Shown: in pieces, positions 48,191-61,844 of the stretch | Numbering within the stretch: the first letter of the stretch is position 1 | How the letters are laid out: each line of letters starts with the position of its first letter | Assembly: GCF_001194135.2 (NCBI RefSeq) | Contig: NC_068982.1 | Span: forward strand, 115,162,697-115,226,696 | Direction: 5' to 3' | Source of the DNA: Octopus bimaculoides | Taxonomy: Eukaryota | DNA: 64,000 nucleotides | Program-made: the position numbers and the translations under genes | The notes under the pieces: generated by a model | Databases searched by the model: none | What the model was told of the DNA's origin: nothing | Seen by the model: the letters and a program-made list of their open reading frames with translations, nothing else

Positions 48191-50849
48191 TCAACTTACA
48201 AGATAAAAATCCTTCAACTGAGAGGGGCAGAGGTATTGATGGAAGTGGTTTTGATCCAGGTAATGAGAGATAAGAGTATGACAAAAGAGAGAAACAGGTA
48301 TCATACTGTAGGGATACAAGGTGACTCTAGTTGGGAAAAGCAAGAGTGAAAGTAAGAGAAAGCAAGAGAGATGGTGGTGTCGTACTAGGACATGCTCACT
48401 CACAAGGTACAAGGAAATGAAAATAAATGAAATGGTAAAGGATTGCTCAGGGTACTTGAATAGGGAGTTCATGAAAGTGCAAAAGAGGGTAAAGGGAAAG
48501 GGAAGAATGCAGTGAGTGGCAAAACATGGGTATATAGGGAAGATATAGTTGGCAGGAGGAGAAAAGAAGATAGACAACAGAGGAGTGTTGGACTGCAGAA
48601 GTAGGGAAGGAGAGATAAGCATGGTGCATGAAGAAGAGATGAAGTTTGGTTCAAAACATCACGCCCCTCTTATTTGCTAGATACAACAAAGGGGTAAGTA
48701 AAACTTAAAATGAGTGCTATTTGGCTGATGGTACCAAGAGAAGACAAAAGGTCACAAGAAACTTACAGTAAAGTATTGGAGAAGGCAACTGTGTTCCTTT
48801 TGGTTGCCTATTTCTTGATTAGGAAGTGAAACTAAACTAAGAAGGATACAGAGGCATACTAAAACAAAAATAAATGAAATTATCATTTTATCATTGAAAC
48901 CACTGCAATAACTATTGCATTGGACCTCAATCAATTCAATACCAACTACCCAGCTCTCTCTCTCTCTCTCTCTCTCTTTGAGTGTTCAGTTTTGACTCTG
49001 TTTTTCCAACTGGCATAAGACAAAGCCCTTAGCTATTTTCTAAATAGAGTATACCTCTCTTATATTTTTCCCCATTCTACTACACTTCATATGTTGAAAC
49101 TGCTGGACTGCTTACCAGAAGTATGTAAAGTAAAACGCCATTTCTTTACAGTGATGGTGTTAATGAAGACATGAAATAATAATCACACATGAAACAGGCT
49201 TCTCAGTTTCCACCAAATTCTACTTGCAAGGCATTGGTCAGTCCAAAGATATAGTTGACAATTGTCCAAGGTGTAATTTCAGTGAGACCAAACTAGAAAC
49301 CACATGGTTACAAAGCGAACTTTGTAACCACACAACTACAATATATGTGTGTACATATTCAGCTCTTGATCCATCCAAGACAGTAAAACAAAGGATTGAG
49401 ATAATCCTAGCAAATAATACCAAATTCTGTAATCCAGTAACTCCCAAATTATTTACTGTTTGTTCTGCCAGTGGAAAGACGAAAGGCATAGACAACCTAC
49501 AACATTTGTGAAGTTAGACCCCTTCAAGTGAAAGAAATTGGTTTTGCAAAAGCAACTCATTAAAGAAAAAAAATCAACTGAAAAAAATGAAAACACTTAT
49601 GAGCACTGATTGGTCTGCATGATTTCAAACCTTCCCTATCTCAAATTAACATACTATAATTTCCCCCTGCTGTACTGCCAGCTATAACTTTCTCTCTACT
49701 GAGCCACTTCTACTGCCACTCATTACCTATTCTTGCCCTCATCACCCATCCATACCTTTGTCTATCTCTGCTAATGCTGCCTATTTCCATCTGATTCTAC
49801 CCCAAACAGTCCTGCCTTTTCCATCGTTCTCTTGTGTTTTTCATCCACTCATCTTACTTTTGTCAACCTCTACTATTGCCTATCACTTATTCACCCCAAA
49901 TAATCCTGCCTTTTTCTCATCATATTTTTTTGATGCCACTGTTCTCTCTTTCCTATTCCCTTTCTTAGTTACCAGAGCAACAGTACACACCCTAAGATAT
50001 AGAGTACTCTCAACAGTTATTGTGTACAAGGCACCCACTCCTGTTCTGGTGCTACAGTAGATCCCCCTACCTCCTGCTGTGCACTCTCTATACTGTTTAA
50101 TGAGCAAGGCAAACACTTTAGTGCCTGAACTATGAAAAACACACCCAGTACACACTGTTAAGTGGCTGGCAAATGAGCAGAGAAAGTGTAAGGTTGTGCA
50201 GTTTTCCCTTGTCAAAGAATACTCAATCTCTCTAGTGTTGGTCCCACAAAAAATGAAATGCACCCAATACATTCTGTAAAAAGCTGTAGAAACCAGATCA
50301 AATGACATACATGAGCACCAGCCTATATAATCAGCAACCTGTCCAACCTATGTCAGAGAGGAAACCGGACATATAATAATGATCTTGACAAAAACATATC
50401 CCAGCTTTAAAGTTACTCACAGTCACTAATGTAACCCTAAGTAGCTCTGTAAACAGTACACCTACAGACAGAAGCTGATACATTTTCAAGTTGGAACTTC
50501 ACATACATATAACACGATTTTAAGTTCCTTCTCTCTAACCCATTCTCCCTATGGTTTCAAAGCCACTACATAAAATCACCTAAATCTAAACTCTAAGGGC
50601 TTACTAAGAGTTAGGACTTATTCTCCATGTTGTTATGTAAAGTAGATGAGAGAAAATATTCCTCCTTGGATACATTAACAGGCTTAGGTAATATCCAACA
50701 GATTATCTAGTACCTGTTCCTGACATTTACATGAACTGGAACAATCTAGAATAAACTGTTCAGCCCAGAAAAGCAAAATATCTAATGTGGATTTTGAACT
50801 CAGAACCTTTCTCTTTAATTATGTAATGCAAAGAGGAAAAGCAGTACAC

Positions 50850-51450
50850 AGCTTTTTGGAGGCCTTTCAAGCTTAGAGGTTGATGTTTAACTTAAACTTT
50901 TGCAAACTGAGGTTTTTAGAGGAAGTATATACTGAACTGAGAGTGAGTTCCAAAAGTGAGCAAATTGAAAAAAGATTGAGTGAAGTGTTTGTTATAGATC
51001 TTGTGTGAGTATGAGACCATAAAAATGGTCTGATATGTTTGTGTACATAGCAGCTACCCTGCTTTAGATAGATGAGCAGAGCTCTAGTGAAAGGGATAAG
51101 GTCAGATTCAGCATTAAGTATTTTCTGACTTTAACAATCCAATTACCACTAGATGTAAGAACTTCAATCACTTAAATCTCAATAAAATGGTTGTTCTTAT
51201 TCAGCCTTAGATAAATCCAGATCAAACAAATTCCAACTGTGACTTTTGTCTTTCCCTATGTACAGGGAATCCAGGACCTCAGTAAGAAACAGTAGATTGG
51301 GATTTGAGAATTTGGCTGATGCCTTTAGCAGGTCAAATGATCGTGTAGAGTCTCCCTCATTGACTCATCCTATAAGGGAGTCAGTTATAGAGGCATTTCT
51401 ATCATAATATTAAAATTTGGCCACAATATAAGACCACATATAGCAACTAA
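50850..51450 (-). mobile_element. Possible old CR1-like RT remnant
   Basis: Minus-strand NLLFLTEVLDSLYIG...DLDLSKA resembles NLL.F...LD.G...YLDFSKAFD; weak. Confidence 0.35.
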
Positions 51451-52115
51451 TTCTTCAACCTCTTTCTTTTCTCAATAGATACTGTGATATGGAAACAAGC
51501 AGGTATATCAACAATCTTTAAACTATGTCCTATTTCTAATCCTGTCAACAATTTGTTACTCTTACATACAATATCTATACAGTTCTGTATAATGACCAGC
51601 TTATATTTCTTAGTATAGGTCTCACAAAGCAAAACTAGACCAATAGAAGATTTTCGCTCAAACATTAATCTGCATCAAAACAATAATTTCAGTGTTATTT
51701 CTACCACCAGTTAGGGTGTTCAGAAAACATTTTATTTGCATTGCCTTTCCTCCTCAAAACAACTGAATAAAAAAAATTAGCAGCACAAATTGTGAACAAT
51801 ATTTATTAAATCAGTCGTCAAAATAATGACAACCATCAACAGCTAGAGACAGCATTGTCTGATAAAATTCCAGACTATAATAAATAATACTTAGACAGGT
51901 GTAGGTATGGTTGTGTACTTAACAAGTTTGCTTTGGATTCAGTCACACTGTGTGGACCTTGGGCAAGTGTCTTCTACTATACCTCTGGACCAACCAAAGC
52001 CTTGTGTGTGTATGTGTGTGTGTATATACACACACACACACACCTGTTTAGTGTTGACTGTCAGAAAAAAGTACTTCATATCATAGTAGAGATTAATAAT
52101 AGGCAATGACAAATG

Positions 52116-52395
52116 TCAGAAACCTTTGGCAATATGCTGTGTTTGAATAGAAGACCTACCAAGCCAAGCTAAATTGTAATTGTGGTGGATACTGGTGTCA
52201 CACAACTGGCACTTATGCCAGTGGCATGTAAAAGTACCCATTACACTCTCAGAGTGGTTGTCATTAGAAAGGGTATCCAGCCATAGAAACCATGCCAAAT
52301 TAGATAGGAGTCTGGTACAGCCCCTAAGCTTGCCAGCCCTAATCAAACCGTCCAACCCATGCCAGCAAGGACAATGGACATTAAATGATGATGTT
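52116..52395 (+). mobile_element. RTE-tailed SINE-like repeat
   Basis: ...gggtatccagccatagaaac...ccgtccaacccatgccagc...taaatgatgatg. Confidence 0.7.
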
Positions 52396-55395
52396 TTTGG
52401 TTGAATCAGTCTCTAACTACTCTGAGTTTTGCTTGTGGGTGACAAGAAAGTTACAACTGAAGAAATGGTGGAGTTTGTACATATGTATACAGGATTCCTG
52501 TCATATGATATGATGGTGGAGGGAGAATGAGATAAAGAGAAAAAGAGAAGCAAAAAAAAAAAGAAAAGGAAAAAACAGAAGAGGAGAAGAGGGAATGTTA
52601 ATGGGAGGAAAATAAGTGTGTGTGTGTGTACTAGTGCCTCCTTATCTGGGCATCACATAATAGTTTTTTAACAATCTTCATTGTATTACAAGCAGTGTTT
52701 GTTTCCAAACTTCTGTGAAAACATGTCCAACTATGTGGAAAATATCACCTTACTTTTTTTTCGGTAACAAGTTGGTGACAGGAAGGGCATCTGGCCAGAG
52801 AAAATTTACCGTAACAAGTTTTACCTAACCCATGCAAGCATGGAAGAGGAGACAATAAAAAAAATGATGACAATACTACTTAAGTTAGAAGTTCTACAAA
52901 ACAGTTATGGTGTTGTCCTGCAAACATTTTATATTTCTTTAAGTTGCATTTTGTAGCTTAATAATGTATGTAGCCTTCTTTCAATCACCTAGCAGAAAGT
53001 TAGATATTATCACATATATGGTTGGTCTGGTTACCACCAGAGCATACATTATGCAAATGTCAACATTTACATAACTACATGAACTATCCTAGCAGAGAAA
53101 AATTAAGTAAATCCAGTATTTTAGTTAAGTATAATGTGAAACTTCAAAAGCCTAGGGACCTTATAAATCTGTTGGGCAATATAGTCGTGATCAGTTGAGT
53201 TATTTACCAATAGATCTATAATAAGCATTAATATTAACTTTATTTTTTTTTAGTCCAATATTATCAAATTTTGTCATTAGGAAGTTATGATTTCTTCACC
53301 TGCTGCCACGCCATTATATTTTTACTCCATACCACCTGCAAAGAACTTGATATTTCATTGTAGAAACAAGTATTTATAACGGTCTAATTTTCTAAGCCTT
53401 TGATCATAAATAAATACAAGCTGAGCAACAACTGATTATAAATGCAGGTATTAAATTCCTTTTTCATTACTGACCGTCTTTTCTGTAAGGATATATTTAT
53501 ATTAGAGGTCGTCCAGAACTTGAAAAATTTTAATTTGCTTGATTTTTTACATTATCACCATTTTATGTCCATTTTTTTAAAAACTGGAATGGGTTCAACA
53601 GATCTCTCATCTTGCCACACACCATGATCCTTCTTCATCCGATAAGACACAACAGAGAAAAAAGTGGCTCTGTTGTTTTGTATGTCAGTTTTGGCATGAT
53701 TTCTACAGCAAAAGTGTCCTTTTTATATTGTCTCTATTTGTTCCTTTCTTACATATTTTTTATACAAGTAGATTCTCTTCTAGTCACCACTTTACCATAC
53801 TGACTGGCACAAGAAAAGTTGTCCCTTCAAGACTAATGTACTCCACTACTCTATCTTGTCTTTGTTCATTCCTTCTAGTTTGTGGTAAATATGACATCTT
53901 GACTCTATAATTGCTACTAGCTTGTCAGATGTCATTTTCTCTCAGATTAAATGAGAAATTGCCAGTGTGAAGGAAACAGTCATCCATAGTGCATCACAAT
54001 TGTGATATTGATAATTTTATAAAAATTTCTATTTAAAATTAAATTGGCCAGTTATAGGAACATGGATTTATTTAAATCATCATATAACAGTTTTGGCCAG
54101 TAAGGGCAGCAGTCGTTGATATCATATGTAATAAAAACAGCTCATAATTAAAATTTGTCCTTCTTAGGAACACAATTATTTAAAATAGAGTAAAAACATT
54201 ATAATATTTTATTTAGGAAAGCAATATGTTAATCAATTAAGAAACTTTTGAAGGAGAATACAAATATTATCAGAGTTGAATCTAGGAAAATAACAAGTAT
54301 AAATAGAACACAACTGCTGTAATAATACAATTTCAAAAGCTGCAAAATAACGAGAAAAAGCAAGCAGAGATAACAATGAAAATCAGAGGAATGGGAAAAT
54401 TTTATAAGAGCCAAAAGATTACCATTCAAAATGAATAACAGTCTTTTGTAAAAAAAGCCAGTAATTTACAATAAGTAAGCAGTAAAGTAGGGAAATTTTG
54501 AAGTATAAGCAATCATTTAAAGCCTTTTTTCGAGCTAAAGCCATGAGTAGAGGAAATTGGGTGAAAGAAGTACAATTATAGCAGATCTTCAAAACTTAGA
54601 AATGAGTGAATTTCAGGAACACACTGGATGTTCAAGCTCTATGGAACAATGTAAGACTGCAAATGATGTTTGATAAGTTATGATAGATGGAGTGGAGGTA
54701 ATAGTGAACAGGAGGAATATGTATAAGTTCAAATAACAATAGATACAGTCAGTAAATTGTATATATATATAGTGAGGGGGGGGGAGGATAAAGCATAACA
54801 ACCAGCCAAATTTTCTGAATATGGTCTAGAGATGAGAGGAGGTCTAAAACATATTTAGGTTAAAAAAAAAAACCAAGTTTCCTTCATGTAGTTTTGATAA
54901 AATTGAGAATACAGAGATGCAGGGATTCATTAATTAAATTACTGTTACAAAAAAGGTAACATTTGCTGCTGGATCAGTTGATAGGGAAAATAACTTGCAA
55001 TAAATAAAGCACTGAGTCCAAGAAGATAGGTAACATTAAAATTTGTAAACTTGTTCAACACACAAGATAAACAACAAAAAAGGGGGTGGGGTAGTTGAAC
55101 GTGAGCTAGAGAAAAACACAGAATAAAGAAATTTTGGACTGATTAAACTAAGGTTAGATACAGTCAAACAAAAATGCTTTTGTAAAGCAATCCAACCAAA
55201 ACTGATAGGAAAGAATACTAATAAACAGATTGAAGTAGACAGAGAGTTGATGAAATTTAAAATGAAACTTAGATGAAGCAAAGTTCTTACTTTGGTTAAG
55301 AAATTGTGAATTTCAAAGAAAAGAAATAATAGGCGAGTATACCATGAAGTAAAATTTAAATGCCTTGAAGAATGGATGATATGAATGAACAGGTT

Positions 55396-56107
55396 ATCAT
55401 CATCATCATCATCATCGTCATCATCGTTTAACGTCCGCCTTCCATGCTAGCATGGGTTGGACGATTTGACTGAGGACTGGTGAAACCGGATGGCAACACC
55501 AGGCTCCAATCTAATTTGGCAGAGTTTCTACAGCTGGATGCCCTTCCTAACGCCAACCACTCAGAGAGTGTAGTGGGTGCTTTTATGTGTCACCCGCACG
55601 AAAACGGCCACGCTCGAAATGCTGTCTTTTATGTCCCACCCGCACAAGAGCCAGTCCAGGGGCACTGGCAACGATCTCGCTCGAAAACCCTACAAAGGCC
55701 AGTCAGGCGGTATATATNNNNNNNNNNNNNNNNNNNNNNNNNNNNNNNNNNNNNNNNNNNNNNNNNNNNNNNNNNNNNNNNNNNNNNNTATCATCATCAT
55801 CATCATCATCGTCATCATCGTTTAACGTCCGCCTTCCATGCTAGCATGGGTTGGACGATTTGACTGAGGACTGGTGAAACCAGATGGCTACACCAGGCTC
55901 CAATCTGATTTGGCAGTGTTTCTACAGCTGGATGCCCTTCCTAAAGCCAACCACTCAGAGAGTGTAGTGGGTGCTTTTACGTGTCACCCGCACAAAGGCC
56001 AGTCAGGCGGTACTGGCAAAGGCCACGCTCATCTCGCTCGAGAAACCTCATGTGTCACCCGCACAAGAGCCAGCCCAGGGGCACCAGCAACGATCCCGCT
56101 CGAAAAA
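55396..56107 (-). mobile_element. Two young copies (55396-55717, 55790-56107) of the RTE-tailed SINE-like repeat on either side of an N-gap
   Basis: Identical (cat)n-gtc-atcatcgtttaacg tails; 6 substitutions in the first ~200 bp. Confidence 0.85.
55718..55788. other. Assembly gap (71 N)
   Basis: N run. Confidence 1.
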
Positions 56108-58896
56108 TCCCAGAACCCCACACAAGAAGCAAAACTATTAAAACTATTAGCAATGATATGAGCAAGTAAATACACAAAGACCAGATACAATTGACAAAAC
56201 TTCTACACAAGTAACAAAAATGATATTCATTGAAATTAGAGAAGCTGTAGATCCTTTGGATCTGCTTGCACAGGTGCTAAGCTTCAAGCTGGTTAAGGTT
56301 AGTCACAAATCCTACAAATCACTCTGCTACAAAGTGATCAATTCTAAATGGTGAGGTGAGGAAATAGCATAAAGTGTTAAATTTGAAAGAATCAGAACTG
56401 TTTTGGTATTATCAGCGACATGCAGTTTGGAATTAGACCAAGGTACCAGCTTCCCAGTAAGACAGCTTCAAGAGAAATACCTGGCTAAGAGATTCTATCT
56501 TCATTTAAGGCAGGTTGAATGAGGCAAATGTTAAAAGTATAGAGCAGCATGGTAGTGAAACCTGCAATGAAGAAAGAGGAATGCAATAAATACAGTTTAG
56601 TGAAAGTAAAAGAAATTTAAGGAATACACTGAGTCAAGAAGGAGGATGTAGCTGAGAATGAATGATATAAAATATTTAGTAACTAATGTAGACATAATAT
56701 ATTACTAAATGCTGAAGATTAGTGGTTATTGTTAATAAGTAAACAGAAGATATAGGATGAAGCAGTCATGAGAAGTCAATTAAACAAGAGGTAACAACAG
56801 AACACCGAAAGACATCTAGAATAATTGGATGCAGATACTTATGAGAAAATGACAGGCTGAACAACAGTAACTACAAAAGCAAAAGAGATGGTAATCAGGT
56901 GTTCACATTACCAATTATGCAGAATATTCAAAATTTTTTAAATAGATAGTAATTTTAACAACTGGAAGAACAGTCGACATTTTAATTTAGATATTAACCA
57001 TTCATGCTAGTATGGGTTAGATTACAAAGCCTTGGATTTGAATAAAATGTAGAAACAATACGTCTTGCCTACAATCTAAGTCACCTTAATCACTTGATCA
57101 ATGTTTCTAGATTTATCCACATAAAGCAATCAATAATTCTACATTAAACTGTGTTAAATTTCATTGTTTATAAAATTTGATCACTTCTTGAATTTCTGCA
57201 GTTTTCACCAGTAAAAATGACTGACAAGAACTTCAACTACTTTAACCCTCAAGTTAAATAAACCAGTGAGTCTTTCATAAAGTCACTCAACCTGTTTTCA
57301 ATAGAAACCAATACACACTAAGCCATCATCTTAACTAAGACATATTTTACAGGTTAAATAGTCAGATAAGAATGAATACACTAATTTGGTGTACTAAAAC
57401 AAAAATGAAACACCGACCTTTTGCTCAATATGGAAGAGTCAAATACACTAAAATTCATTAGAACTTTTGTAGCTCACATAGATGTGAGAGATGAAACCAA
57501 GTAAAACAAAAATACATACCTAGGTTGCAAGACATAGCTAGACTTACCCAACAATAACCTAAAGCTATGAACCAAACATCACATTCACTCTGATTTTAGA
57601 AACAATTGTCAAGTGAAATGTATTAAAAAGATAGAAAAAAAACAGGAAAATATGAAAGTTGAAACTATTTTGGAAAATCCTTATATCTACAAATTCATGA
57701 GTGAACAAACTCACTTCAAAATTTTCAAAAATGTATCAACATACAATACAAAATTAACTTTAGATCCCCCAACAAATGAAGGACTCAGCTTTATACATAA
57801 ATATAGTAGTTATTAAGCCAGTAAATTTACTGGAACCCATGGAATTGATTATCTCAATGAAGAGTGACTGACTAATAGAGACTGAATTAAGAAATCATTG
57901 AGAAAATGCTATACTAATAAAGAAGAGGAGGTTAAGAAATGCTTTGTGAAAGATAAACGAAAGTGTGTTGTGGCTTTAAGAAAATAAAGTTTATAGTAGA
58001 TATGAGGAACTAGCATGATCATAATCTATTCTAATATACAACATTACTGTGCATCAAGTGTTGAGGCTTATAAAATGCTCAGCTTAAACTAGATCATGAT
58101 AATATAGCTTCCATATTATTTCGAATGAAAGTCGTAACTGAATGGTACACAAGTGGTTGTATAAGGATGAGGAATGTATGAGAGGGAAACAGTTCAAGTT
58201 AGATTCATAATCAGTGCTCTAGTCTAGAATATATTTCGTAAAGGTGTATTTCCTGGCCTTGAAAAGTAAACCTAAATGTCAGAAATGTGAACGATGGTGT
58301 GCATGATCAGAAGTTAACAACGATTTATTGTATGACTGTCTTATGTATTATCCATGTGTAGGAGGAATAGCATGAGTTTGTTTACTTCAGACAATGCCTG
58401 TTCTGGTGTTGATTAAATTGTTTCAGAAGGATTTCGGCTTGGGTGTTGAGGGTGAGCAAAGAAAGCAAGAGTGTATTACCTACTTATGAGTACATATAGT
58501 TGAAAGTGCCAGTGAAGTTTATTGACAGAGGAGGATTGGAGAAATATCTAAACACCAAGAGATAGTTTTATCAAGTGATCTGTAAGTAAGCTGTCCAGAT
58601 ACCTATGTTTGTGTACAGGTCTTCCTTTTATTCTCATATTAAAACATGGTCAATATCAATAACAAATCCAGCAACTTTGACGAAGTTTAAGGATGAGAAA
58701 TAGTTACTTGGAGCGTCTACTTTTGTGAAAGCCATACTTATCACTAGCGAAAACAGATATTCCATGTGTTGTAAGAGATGATTAATAACCACCTCATCAT
58801 CATATGCTGGTAGCATATACGCTGTTATGAAGCTAATATAATAACGGAAACGTCTTGATTCGGGGAAAATAACGTAAATATGTTAAAGAAACATAC

Positions 58897-58954
58897 ATCC
58901 CTCGACAGCAGAGATCCAAAAGTTTGCAGCATCGCAGATCAGTAGAAGAAATCA
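58897..58954 (-). other. SENP6: Candidate 58-nt upstream exon of SENP6/7 ending in AT; it would complete ATG with the G at 42027
   Basis: Reads ttttgattcag|TGATT...GAGGGAT|GTATGT. The splice signals, phase and CpG-richer context fit. No transcript evidence. Confidence 0.4.
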
Positions 58955-60319
58955 CTGAATCAAAATTATATATGCTAACGTGTCGTCCTTTGAGACACTG
59001 TAATGCACTAAAAGAAAAAAGAAAAAAGCGAAAGCAAAGTAATAATATCTAACAAGACGTGCTGTTAAAAAAAAACTTCCAAACTTCTATGCAGATTTTA
59101 ACTGAAAAAAAAATCAAATTTGTAAATCTTATTTTCTGATAGCTGTTCAAGCTTTTCATACTCAATGTACAATGGCTATGGGTTCGTCTCTGTTCTTATG
59201 GCAAAGCATTCGGCAATACTTACTCGGTAGTTATTTATTATGGAGTTACATTCCCGTTAGATTCGGAGATATTAAGAAGCTTCCATAATTAAATAGGGAA
59301 ATACCAAGTACTGTCAAGTAAAGTACTGCATGAAAATTAATATTTTAAGCACAGCCATATTTTATGTATCTTGACAAAAAGCAGATAATATAGAAGAGTG
59401 TGATAACATTGTTTTACGATGATAAATATATGATACTGTGAGAGGAGGACAGCATCAAAGAAAGCAACCTCGTGCCACACCTCTGTACACTTTCATCTCA
59501 AGCCTGCTATGATGGACTACTGATGAAATGCTGTGAGAAAGAGAGTGTAAAAAAATGGTGAAGAGGTGATAAGGAGAGAGGGGGAGAGAGAGAGACTAAA
59601 AATAACTCGTAGCGAATGAAAGCACAAGTACAAAATGTGTTAAAAGAACGTCGAAGTGGTGACGGCTACCAACAATCACAGGGATTTCTTAAATATTTGA
59701 ATTTGTTTGTTTGAATAGTGCACCTTTTTTCTTCGGAAGGATCAATTATAGAACGCAGTAGTGATTGGTGACACGAGGTTTCCGGCAACACATCAGCAGT
59801 AACTGGAAATAGCAACGACCATCAATCGTCGACAGAACCCACACAAACATAATCAATCTACAAGAGTGATGATAGTAAATGGACGGGCATGGTTGAGAAC
59901 AAGAAAATGAAGAGTGCATGAAATTGTTTGCTTGTTTATTTATTAATCTATGTTTGTTTCCCACTCCACAACGTATCTCACGTTTTCCTATTCCGTTTTC
60001 ATTAAGTCAGCAAGTGACGTTTGAGGCATCTATGTTAACTCACCAACCACCACACAGCCTTCTAGCACCACCACCATCCCACACAAAGTCAGTACACAAG
60101 ATAGTTGTGCTAGTGTGTGTATGAAGCAAGCAGAAGTAAGCAACGACGCAGTGTTCAGTTTGACCTGATCGCACAATAAAACAACCTAATATAGAAGTCA
60201 TTGCAGTAAAATATTCACTGTCTCTTTTCAGCTCAGCCGTGGTTTCCAACAGTGATTGATCGGTGTGTGTGTGTGTGTGTGTGTGTGTGCGGGCGCGTGC
60301 ATATGCTTTTCTTTTATCT

Positions 60320-60372
60320 TTTACTTGTTTCAGTCATTGGACTGCGGTCACGCTAGGGCACCGCCTTGAAGG

Positions 60373-60407
<35 letters not shown>

Positions 60408-60475
60408 CATACATAGTTTTGATAGATTACAGTCGGTTTATCTCGACCAGGGGAATAAATCTTGTTACCGAGGTG
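60320..60475 (-). mobile_element. Isolated 3' module of the CORE-like SINE with a TA tract
   Basis: acttgtttcagtcattggactgcggtcacgctagggcaccgcc is the reverse complement of the 63955-64000 segment. Confidence 0.6.
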
Positions 60476-61844
60476 TGATGCAAGTAGCTATTTTTAAAAA
60501 CTGCACTTGCTCAATCAAAGAAAACCATGGATCGCTTTATATTTAATGAATGGAACAGTAGGTTAGAGGAGGGTAAGAGAAGAAATAAGGGGAAGGGAAC
60601 CAAGGATGAAGAGATGAGAAAACAACACAGAAACAAGTCGAAGAAAATTAAGAGAAAAAGAGGAGGATGACAAAGAAATAGAAGCGAGAGAGAAGAAAAC
60701 TCGAAGGAAGAGAGGAAAAGCGGGATACAGATGATAAATAGGGAGATATGGGGTAAAGACAGAAGATGATGGTAGAGGAAATATTCAGAGAAACACTAAA
60801 TGAAAGAAAGAAAAGATAAAGACAACTCGCTAAGAAAAAAAAAATCCTCCAAAGCTTGTAGACTGACGTCATGACCAGAGACAGGTGTCTCTTGAAAATA
60901 AAGACAGACAGCTTTATCACTCTTCTAGAGCCCTAATGAGCGACAATGGAGGGCACAAAAAGATCTAAACTAGTATATAAAGAAAAAGAATATTCTGTAG
61001 GGATTAACTGGAGGGTTGTGATGTGAAAAAACATATTCATACAATCATATCACAAGAGAACGAGAAAATTTATCTTATTACACGAGACCTGGGTCATTTG
61101 ATAACAACACACATGTACATATCTATTCGCACAGTGTTGTGTGTGTGTTAAACGTTATGTTAATATGATGTGATAATATCTTATTTTCGACATGATTGAC
61201 GTGTATATACAAATAGTGTAAAAATGTGAGGGAGAGAGGAGTGGCGGGAGATGACAATAAGATGTAACAGGGCGGGAGGAAGTAAAGGTGGAAATAATCT
61301 AACACTGGCTAAATACATTGCATTATATGGAAAGCAGAGATACGACGGTTAGCCAGCTGCAGAGAGGTAATGACATAAGATAAAGGGCCACGAGATACAA
61401 AGACAGGGTTAGTATTTCGTGTTTCGGAAAGGAGATATAAAGACAATCCTGGAAAGTGGAATATGAAGATGTGGATAAACATTAAAATGGATAAAATAAT
61501 AAATAACGTAAAAAGAGAGAGAAATCCTTTTGTGTAGTGAATCTCACCTGAGCCAATAGAGAGGTGGGTTGATGATGTTGACATGTCGTCTAGTCTGCTA
61601 TACATCCACACCACTAAAGCAACCACAATCCACACAAATAGAAAGAGAAGCATGTTTAACAACCCAGCATACTAATTTTTGTCTTCTACCCACGCCTACT
61701 TGGCTTCTTTTTAAATATTTAATCATTTACCCACCATAATAGCAAAGAAAATCACAAAAACACACCTTTAGAGCATGTGTGCGTTTAATGAACAGTCAGC
61801 GAAAGGAGCTGAATAAAAATTGTGTGTATGTGTGTGTGTGTGCG

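Larger units (their letters stand above)
58700..61700 (-). promoter_or_regulatory. Putative SENP6/7 promoter / first-exon zone (CpG-richer, free of young repeats)
   Basis: CpG visibly more frequent than in the introns. Palindromic CRE TGACGTCA at 60864-60871, GGCGGGA at 61243 and 61271, strong minus-strand donors at 60043 and 61547. Confidence 0.4.

Noticed and set aside
48191-48654. Overlapping ORFs of 60-143 aa on both strands
   Set aside because: GA-rich degenerate repeat sequence next to a SINE; no conserved motifs.
61309-61662. 117-aa hydrophobic ORF as a standalone membrane protein gene
   Set aside because: Composition follows the T-rich minus strand and there is no recognisable family. 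Only its 5' part is retained, as a speculative first-exon candidate.
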